This document shows positions 26,636 to 32,499 of a stretch of DNA of 32,499 nucleotides, piece after piece. The stretch lies in the NCBI GenBank assembly GCA_002293605.1, contig DBDO01000041.1, positions 1-32,499 on the forward strand. The letters run 5' to 3'. The notes below the pieces were generated by a model. The model was not told the origin of the DNA. It ran no database searches and worked only from the letters and a program-made list of their open reading frames with translations. Numbering within the stretch: the stretch's first letter is position 1; every line of letters begins with the position of its first letter. This DNA comes from Desulfovibrionaceae bacterium UBA930. Its GTDB lineage: Bacteria > Desulfobacterota > Desulfovibrionia > Desulfovibrionales > Desulfovibrionaceae. Position numbers and translations under genes: made by a program.

Positions 26636-27468
26636 CCGCCCTTCCTTGCAATGCGCACTGTCACAGGCATGCCCTGGCGCAAGCCTTTGTCCGGGTTGTC
26701 CACAATGACCCGTAACCTGTACACAAGATCCGTTCGCAACTGCGCCGTTTCCACTGTTTTTGGCGTGAATTCCGCCTGCGGGGAGATAAAGCCGATCTGT
26801 CCCTCGTATTCCCGCCCCGAATCCGTCAGGATCGTGGCCTTTTGACCGGGAAAGACCCTACCGAGATTGGGCTCGTCAATATAGCTGCGCACCCATACCG
26901 GGGAATCCAGCGCCAGAACGCATACCGGTTCACCCGCCGCAAGCACTGCGCCCGGTTCGCGTATCCTGGTCAGAATGATTCCCTCATCAGGGGCGAGAAT
27001 TTCGGTATCGCTCAGATTGGTGTTTGCCTGCGCCAGACGCGCCTCGGCCGAGGCAAACCTGGCCTGGGCCTCGTCCCGGGCAGCCTCGGCATCATCGCGC
27101 TCCTCTGCAGAAATGGCCCCGATTTTGGTCAGTGCAGCGCGCCGTAAAAAGGGCTTTTCAGCCTTGTTGCGCGCGACCTCGGCCTCTCTCAGCAAGGCCG
27201 TATACAGGGCGACCTCATCCAGAAAGGGTTTTTTATCCAGCACAGCAACAACCTGCCCTTTGCCGATGCGGTCCCCCTCCTCGCACAGCACGGCCGCGAT
27301 ACGCCCGGATACCCGAAAGCCCAGCGAGACATCGCGGATGTCAACATTGCCGTATACAACGATAGGACTTGCAGGCTCGTCAGGGCTGCCCCTTTTTTGC
27401 GCATACAGCCGGTACCCCACGCCTGCAAAGACGCTCAGGGCAAGAAGCAAAAGGAACGCTTTCTTCAT
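26632..27468 (-). CDS. HlyD-family membrane fusion protein, YbhG-like
   Basis: N-terminal TM, YGNVDIR.V.LGFRVSGR, EPG, GFISPQAEFTPKTVET..LRTDLVYR, LRQGMP; GGGAGG RBS. Confidence 0.92.
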   Translation of the reverse strand: MKKAFLLLLALSVFAGVGYRLYAQKRGSPDEPASPIVVYGNVDIRDVSLGFRVSGRIAAVLCEEGDRIGKGQVVAVLDKKPFLDEVALYTALLREAEVARNKAEKPFLRRAALTKIGAISAEERDDAEAARDEAQARFASAEARLAQANTNLSDTEILAPDEGIILTRIREPGAVLAAGEPVCVLALDSPVWVRSYIDEPNLGRVFPGQKATILTDSGREYEGQIGFISPQAEFTPKTVETAQLRTDLVYRLRVIVDNPDKGLRQGMPVTVRIARKGG

Positions 27469-27522
27469 TCAAGGCCCTCCCTGCGCCTTTTTGTGGAAGC
27501 GCCAAAGACGCCCGGCGGGGTA

Positions 27523-27882
27523 TCAGAGGGATTTGAGAATGAGGCAGATCTCCTCATCGGAAAGGGACAGCGGTATCTCAAAACGCACCCCGCAGCGTTC
27601 CGCGCTGACCCAGGTAATCATGCCCTTGCACCCTTCCCGGCTGCATGCAATGGCTTCGGGCAAACCAAATACATGAACGTGATGGCTCAACCAAAAATGA
27701 AAACTTGCCGGCGTTCCCGGCGGCAAGGCAAGCTGCACGCCGCCGCGTCCGAAATCGACCATCAAAGAGGGCGTTTCCTCCCCATCGCTTTTGCGCAGGG
27801 TTACAAAAAACGGAGCGTCCAGGGGAACGCGCGGATACACACGGCGTTCCCTGCCCTTTTGCGAGTCGCTGCATTCAGTCAT
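27523..27882 (-). CDS. Stand-alone PilZ-domain protein
   Basis: ERRVYPR (RxxxR), DFGRGG (D/NxSxxG variant), C-terminal W....CGVRF. GGAGG precedes the tandem ATGs at 27885/27882; the ORF-track start at 27987 is probably too early. Confidence 0.8.
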   Translation of the reverse strand: MTECSDSQKGRERRVYPRVPLDAPFFVTLRKSDGEETPSLMVDFGRGGVQLALPPGTPASFHFWLSHHVHVFGLPEAIACSREGCKGMITWVSAERCGVRFEIPLSLSDEEICLILKSL

Positions 27883-28301
27883 CATTCCTCCATAAAAAGG
27901 CGATGAAAAATGAAAACGTTTACAACAATCCGAACATAAAACATATGACATGCATTTCTTATCGCTCTGTTCAGAGGGCTCTGTCAATGCGCATTATCAT
28001 CTTTTCCCGTCCTGATTGAGGAAATACGGATTTATTTCCCTGTGGCAGCCCTGCTCGAATTTTTCCTCCAAGTCAGGACAAAGCGTTCGGCCCCTATAGA
28101 AAAATTCCCTCGCTCTTTGCCAAATGAAAAAAATTCAAGCTTTTCTCAAAGCTCATTCATCAGTGCTTTCTTTACTTTTCGCTTAAAAGCGCTATACATT
28201 AAAGCCATACGAATTTTCGCCCCGGCGAAAGAATCTGTTGACGAAAAGGCCCTTTTTTTCCGCTCCGCCAGCGGCAGATTGCGAATGTGCAGGGTATTTT
28301 C

Positions 28302-29642
28302 ATGAGCAGTGCCACTCTGACTTCCCTTTCCCACGGTCCCTCCCTCCGTATAGAGACCGTGCGTTCCCGCATTCAGCGCAAGATGCAGGATTACGCCGCC
28401 TATGGCTTCAGCGCGTCGGAATCTTGCGCCATTAATATTTTTTTTGATCTGGCCCAGGAGTTTGAAGATATCGAGCATGTGCATCTTCTTGCTGTGCTCA
28501 TATTACATATGTTTTTTCAATATGATGCGGAGTTGCATTTAAAAGACGAGGCTGACCGCCCTATTCGGGTTTCTCCTGCAATTACTTCCTCCGGCACAGC
28601 CGATTTGAGGGAAATTCGTTCCGAAATCTGGAACGATGGGCTGCATTGTCATGTTCCCGTGTACGGAAAAAAGGCTTTGGGCCTCAGCGAAGGGCGTTTT
28701 TCCAGCGATGAAACGCCCATGGGTGTGCTGATTATATACGCCAGACACGAGCTTGAAAGCCATGAACGGCTCTTTCTAAAAAAATACGCCAACCGGGTAG
28801 GCTTTTGCCTCGACAACAAAATCCTGGCCCTGCGCAATGCGCGGCATGTGCTTTTTCTGCGCAAGCTGGCCCATGATATCGGCCACAACATCATTACGCC
28901 CAACTTGCGCCTTAAGCTTATGCTCGGCAGGCTTGAAAGCCAGATCAGCGATCTCCATCCCCTTTTCGCCGCCTGCGTCCCTGAGGCCAATGTACAGGAG
29001 AAACTGGCCGGGCATCTGCAAAAAATGACCGAACAGGTCCGGGATATCCTGGGAACTTTTCAAAACAGCGCCCTGTTTCTGGAAAGCCTCTTGCGCCAAA
29101 GTCATTTTGATCTTGGCCGCTATGTGCTGCGCCCGGCCAGAATCGATATTTGCGAGCGGGTGGTGACCCCGCAGTTTGAGCGCTTCCGACCGCTTTTTGA
29201 GGAAGGGAATGTGCTGGTATCCGAACTACAGCCAGAACTCCCCTCTTCCCGCTGTCTGGTTGAGGCGGATTTCGGTCTTCTCAGCCAGGTTTTGGCCAAT
29301 CTGCTCGCCAATGCGGTCAAATATGCCGCGCCGCACAGCGCAGGAGCGCCGCGCCGTGTGCGCTGTGCTGTCGAGATACTTCCTGATGCCTTTGATACAA
29401 GCGCTCCCGGCGTCAAGGTTTCTGTGTTCAGTTCCGGCCCGCCCGTTCCGCCGGAAGAAGCCGGGCACCTGTTTGACGACAATTTCCGGGCCTCCAATGC
29501 CTCCGGGCAATACGGCACCGGACACGGCCTGTTCTTTGTGCGTGAAATTATGGCCGAGCACAAAGGCTTGTCCGGCTATGAGCCCTGTGAAGAAGGCAAT
29601 ATTTTTTATTTTATTCTCCCCTTATGTGAAGACTGTCCTTAG
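28302..29642 (+). CDS. Cytoplasmic sensor histidine kinase (GAF-like N-terminus plus HATPase_c)
   Basis: LAHDIGHN (H region), NLLANAVKY (N box), LFDDNFRA (F box), GTGHGL (G2); no obvious TM segment. The GAF call is inference. Confidence 0.85.
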   Translation: MSSATLTSLSHGPSLRIETVRSRIQRKMQDYAAYGFSASESCAINIFFDLAQEFEDIEHVHLLAVLILHMFFQYDAELHLKDEADRPIRVSPAITSSGTADLREIRSEIWNDGLHCHVPVYGKKALGLSEGRFSSDETPMGVLIIYARHELESHERLFLKKYANRVGFCLDNKILALRNARHVLFLRKLAHDIGHNIITPNLRLKLMLGRLESQISDLHPLFAACVPEANVQEKLAGHLQKMTEQVRDILGTFQNSALFLESLLRQSHFDLGRYVLRPARIDICERVVTPQFERFRPLFEEGNVLVSELQPELPSSRCLVEADFGLLSQVLANLLANAVKYAAPHSAGAPRRVRCAVEILPDAFDTSAPGVKVSVFSSGPPVPPEEAGHLFDDNFRASNASGQYGTGHGLFFVREIMAEHKGLSGYEPCEEGNIFYFILPLCEDCP

Positions 29643-29696
29643 GCGCAGCACCTCTCCGGCTTTTACCGCTCATGACAAACGACAAGGAGCTTTTTT

Positions 29697-30302
29697 ATGT
29701 ACGCTTTGGCAATCAACAGCAGTCCCCGTAAAAAGGGCAATACGGAACTTATGCTCCACACCGTTCTCGAACCCCTGGCTACGGCGGGCTGGGAAACGGA
29801 ATACGAGCATATAGGCGGCAAGCCCCTCAAAGGCTGTATGGCCTGTGGAAACTGTATGAAAAGCAAGGATATGCAGTGCGCCACCAACGATGATTTGTTC
29901 AATGATCTCATGGCCAAAATGGTCCGTGCCGATGCCCTTATCCTGGGTTCGCCCACCTATTTTGCCGATGTGAACGCGGAAATGAAGGCCCTCATAGACC
30001 GCTGCGGCTTTGTGGCCATGGCCAACGGCACGGCCTTTGCCGGAAAAATAGGCGCTGCCGTTGTTGCGGTGCGCAGAGGCGGTGCCACCCACGTATTTGA
30101 CAGCATCAACCATTTATTTTTCATCTCCCAGATGATCGTGCCGGGCTCGACATACTGGAACATGGCCTATGGCCTGGAAAAGGGCGATGCAGCGAGTGAC
30201 GGTGAAGGTTTGGCCAACATGCGCCAGCTTGGCAGGGCCATTGACTGGCTCGGCAAGGCTCTTGCCCCGCATAAGGACAGCTACCCCGTTGTGCGGCGTT
30301 AG
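29697..30302 (+). CDS. Iron-sulfur flavoprotein / NADPH-dependent FMN reductase family
   Basis: SSPRKKGNT, CMACGNC-x7-C (Isf-type Cys motif), GSPTYF, KALIDR, RRGG, GSTYWN; AAGGAG RBS. Confidence 0.9.
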   Translation: MYALAINSSPRKKGNTELMLHTVLEPLATAGWETEYEHIGGKPLKGCMACGNCMKSKDMQCATNDDLFNDLMAKMVRADALILGSPTYFADVNAEMKALIDRCGFVAMANGTAFAGKIGAAVVAVRRGGATHVFDSINHLFFISQMIVPGSTYWNMAYGLEKGDAASDGEGLANMRQLGRAIDWLGKALAPHKDSYPVVRR

Positions 30303-30322
30303 GGTTGTTTCTCCATACATTT

Positions 30323-30365
30323 GGGGCTCTGCCTCTGAGCTCCCGCACGGGGCATAAGACCCCGT
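30323..30365. repeat. Tandem GC-rich hairpins in an intergenic spacer
   Basis: GGGGCTC/GAGCTCC (30323-30343) and ACGGGG/CCCCGT (30347-30365). Confidence 0.5.
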
Positions 30366-30424
30366 AAGGAGAGTCTGCCACTTCGAAACGCTATCAGAGC
30401 AAAATTACAATAAAGAGGAAGCGG

Positions 30425-32499
30425 ATGAAAAAAACTGCCGCTGTTCTGCCCTTTGTCTGTATTCTGCTTTTGTGTGCCGGGCGCGCCTCCTTTGCGGCCT
30501 TGTCGCCTTCGGACTATTCCCAGGCCGCTAACTGGATGTCCGTGCCGCAAAAGGCCGATAAAGCCATCGACCTGTTTTTTCTCTATCCTTCCACCTGGAG
30601 GCCTCCTGTTGGCAGCACCCAAGTCTACGCCGATATCAATGATGCCCAGATGCGGGCAGGAGCCAGGGACGTTCTTGAAAAAACCAGCGGTATGTTCGAT
30701 CACATCGCCAATATCTATGCGCCCTACTACCGCCAGTCCAATGCCGCTACAACACTGGGCATGACCCTGGAGCAAGTGGAAACTCTTACGCGGGATGGAC
30801 CGGGTGTGGACGCCCTGGCGGCCTTTCAGTATTATCTGAAGCACTACAACCAGGGCAGACCCTTTATTCTGGCGAGCCATTCTCAGGGTTCAAGCACAAT
30901 GAAGGTCAGCGTTCTTGGCGAATTGCTCGCCCAGGACAAGGCCTTGCTTTCCCGCATGATTGCCGCCTACAGTATAGGCTGGACCTATACCTCAGACTAT
31001 CTGGCCGCCAGGGGACTACGCTTTGCCCAGGGGCCGGACGATACGGGCGTTATCATCTCCTGGAACACGGAAGCGCCTGGAGTTACCGCCACCAACCCTG
31101 TGGTCTATCCCGGGGCCTTGGTTATCAATCCCATTATCTGGACAACCTCGGAAGGATACGCCGAGGCAGTCAAGAGCCTTGGTAGCAGCATTCCTGACTA
31201 TGCGGGGAGCGATGGCCGCATAGACGCCCTTCGGGGAGTTGTCATCAACACGACCCTGAACCCCGCCGCCTACGACCTGTCCCCGATGTTTCCCTACGGC
31301 AGCCTGCACGCGGTGGAATGGGAACTCTACTTTTACGATGTGTTCCAGAACGCCATCACCCGCTCCCTTTCCTATTTTACCCCGGCATACAATGCCTATA
31401 CGGCGGAGCTTGGCAATGAGCGTTTACAAAACTTCAGCCTGTATCTGCGCTCGCTTCTGGATCACAACCCAAAGCCTGGTTCCCCCTTTTTCCACCCGGT
31501 TCATTCAATTTTCTTCCGCCTTGCAGGACAGCCGGATGTCGAGGCCTTTACGAACGAACTGCGGCGCGTCTACTCTTCTCTGACGCCCCAGGCCACCGGA
31601 CAGGCCCTTGTCAGCCTCAGTGCCATAGATAGAAGTGCCTCTGAGATACTCAGAAAAGAGCTTCGCTTTGTTCCGGAACAAGGGCGGCATCGCGCTGCTC
31701 CCCTCAGTTCCGGCTGGAGTCTCTGGGCACGACCACTCTATCATAGCGGCAGGCAGAAAGGAGATTTTTTGCATACGGCACTTGATGCAGAGTACGCGGG
31801 CTTTTCCGCAGGCCTGCGCAACAGAATGGGAAGGTACTGCTATGGCATAGGCCTCCACGCGGGCAAAGGAGATTTCGAGGGTTCAGAGTACAATGCCGAT
31901 ATTGAGGGACTGGGTATCGGCCTTGGGATAACGCGAAATTTTCACTTCAACGACATCTTTGCCCTGGATCTGACCCTGACAGGCGGCTATTCTCACTACA
32001 CTCTTGAGCAGGGGCGGGATGTGCCGGGCGATATTTCGCCTGAAGCTTCCGGTAGCTATGCAAGCGAGCCTTCTGTGTCCTTCTGGAAGGCCGCCTTGTT
32101 TGCCAGCAACGAATTTCCCGTTACAGAAGGCTTCAGGCTGCGGCCCGAGTTCGGCCTCTCCTATGTTTCCGCGAATATGGAGCACTACACTGAATCGGGC
32201 GGTGGTCTGGCGCTTGCTGTCGCACCGGAACACTACGAATCCTTCCGCTCTTCCATCGGCCTTGCCCTGCACTGGCAGCCTCTGGAAAATATGGCCTTTT
32301 CCGCAAGCGGGCATTGGCATCACGAGTTCGCTGATGAGAGCATCATACTGCGCTCGTCACTGCAAAATTTGGCTGCTCCTGCTTTTTCCGCAAAAGGCAG
32401 GGCTTTGGGAAGAGACAATGGGAGCATGGGACTCGGGCTGGAATGGAGTCTGCCTACTCCCCTTGCAATGCATGTGGGGCTGGATTATGTGTACTCCTT
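30425..32499 (+). CDS. DUF3089-like alpha/beta hydrolase fused to an autotransporter beta-barrel (3' end outside the window)
   Basis: Absent from the ORF track because there is no stop in the window. Manual translation is open for 691 codons from ATG 30425 (AGAGG RBS). It shows a signal peptide MKKTAAV...SFA, then DY...NW, DLFFLYPST, IYAPYYRQ, AFQYYL..YNQGRPFILASHSQG, SWNT, INP, LH; then WSLWARP, LRPEFGLSY, YTESGG.LAL, RSSIG, WHHEF, LGRD. Confidence 0.85.
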   Translation, partial: MKKTAAVLPFVCILLLCAGRASFAALSPSDYSQAANWMSVPQKADKAIDLFFLYPSTWRPPVGSTQVYADINDAQMRAGARDVLEKTSGMFDHIANIYAPYYRQSNAATTLGMTLEQVETLTRDGPGVDALAAFQYYLKHYNQGRPFILASHSQGSSTMKVSVLGELLAQDKALLSRMIAAYSIGWTYTSDYLAARGLRFAQGPDDTGVIISWNTEAPGVTATNPVVYPGALVINPIIWTTSEGYAEAVKSLGSSIPDYAGSDGRIDALRGVVINTTLNPAAYDLSPMFPYGSLHAVEWELYFYDVFQNAITRSLSYFTPAYNAYTAELGNERLQNFSLYLRSLLDHNPKPGSPFFHPVHSIFFRLAGQPDVEAFTNELRRVYSSLTPQATGQALVSLSAIDRSASEILRKELRFVPEQGRHRAAPLSSGWSLWARPLYHSGRQKGDFLHTALDAEYAGFSAGLRNRMGRYCYGIGLHAGKGDFEGSEYNADIEGLGIGLGITRNFHFNDIFALDLTLTGGYSHYTLEQGRDVPGDISPEASGSYASEPSVSFWKAALFASNEFPVTEGFRLRPEFGLSYVSANMEHYTESGGGLALAVAPEHYESFRSSIGLALHWQPLENMAFSASGHWHHEFADESIILRSSLQNLAAPAFSAKGRALGRDNGSMGLGLEWSLPTPLAMHVGLDYVYS

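Noticed and set aside
28205-28285. c-di-GMP riboswitch near the PilZ gene
   Set aside because: GAAA-containing stems are present, but the GEMM core order (GGCAAA..GAAA..GGGACGCAAAGC) is not matched.
30425-30436. Phase-variable poly-A tract at the autotransporter start
   Set aside because: Only A7, explained by the Met-Lys-Lys-Thr codons typical of signal peptides.
701-31309. Long antisense or alternate-frame ORFs (e.g. 701-1564, 2766-3680, 6684-7529, 10555-11640, 13700-14554, 25691-26494, 30299-30880)
   Set aside because: They overlap well-supported genes, show no recognisable motifs, and are expected shadows in GC-rich coding DNA.

Overview
Mostly housekeeping chromosomal DNA of a GC-rich anaerobe. 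Gene content and order suggest Desulfovibrionaceae (inference from recall, no search run). Left to right: a partial YebE/DUF533-like gene; nifS-nifU; ddh-macrodomain-csaA; M23 peptidase and a CBS protein; a long + strand block (pcm, mrp/apbC, pgsA, hypothetical, ftsB-like, TPR protein, lipoprotein, fbp, tsaD, trxA, trxB, bamD, rlmD, hypothetical, rpoN, hpf, ptsN, rapZ, PTS EIIA). Next is a ~530 bp non-coding gap holding a nested palindromic element and a 28-bp XerCD dif-like site (22481-22508). Genes and KOPS-like octamers converge on this site, so the window probably spans the chromosome terminus. To the right are a YbhGFSR-type ABC exporter headed by a stand-alone PilZ gene, an orphan cytoplasmic histidine kinase with an atypical G1 box, an iron-sulfur flavoprotein, and a >690-codon ORF missing from the ORF track that fuses a DUF3089-like alpha/beta hydrolase to an autotransporter beta-barrel. 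No CRISPR array, tRNA/rRNA, integrase or transposase was seen.
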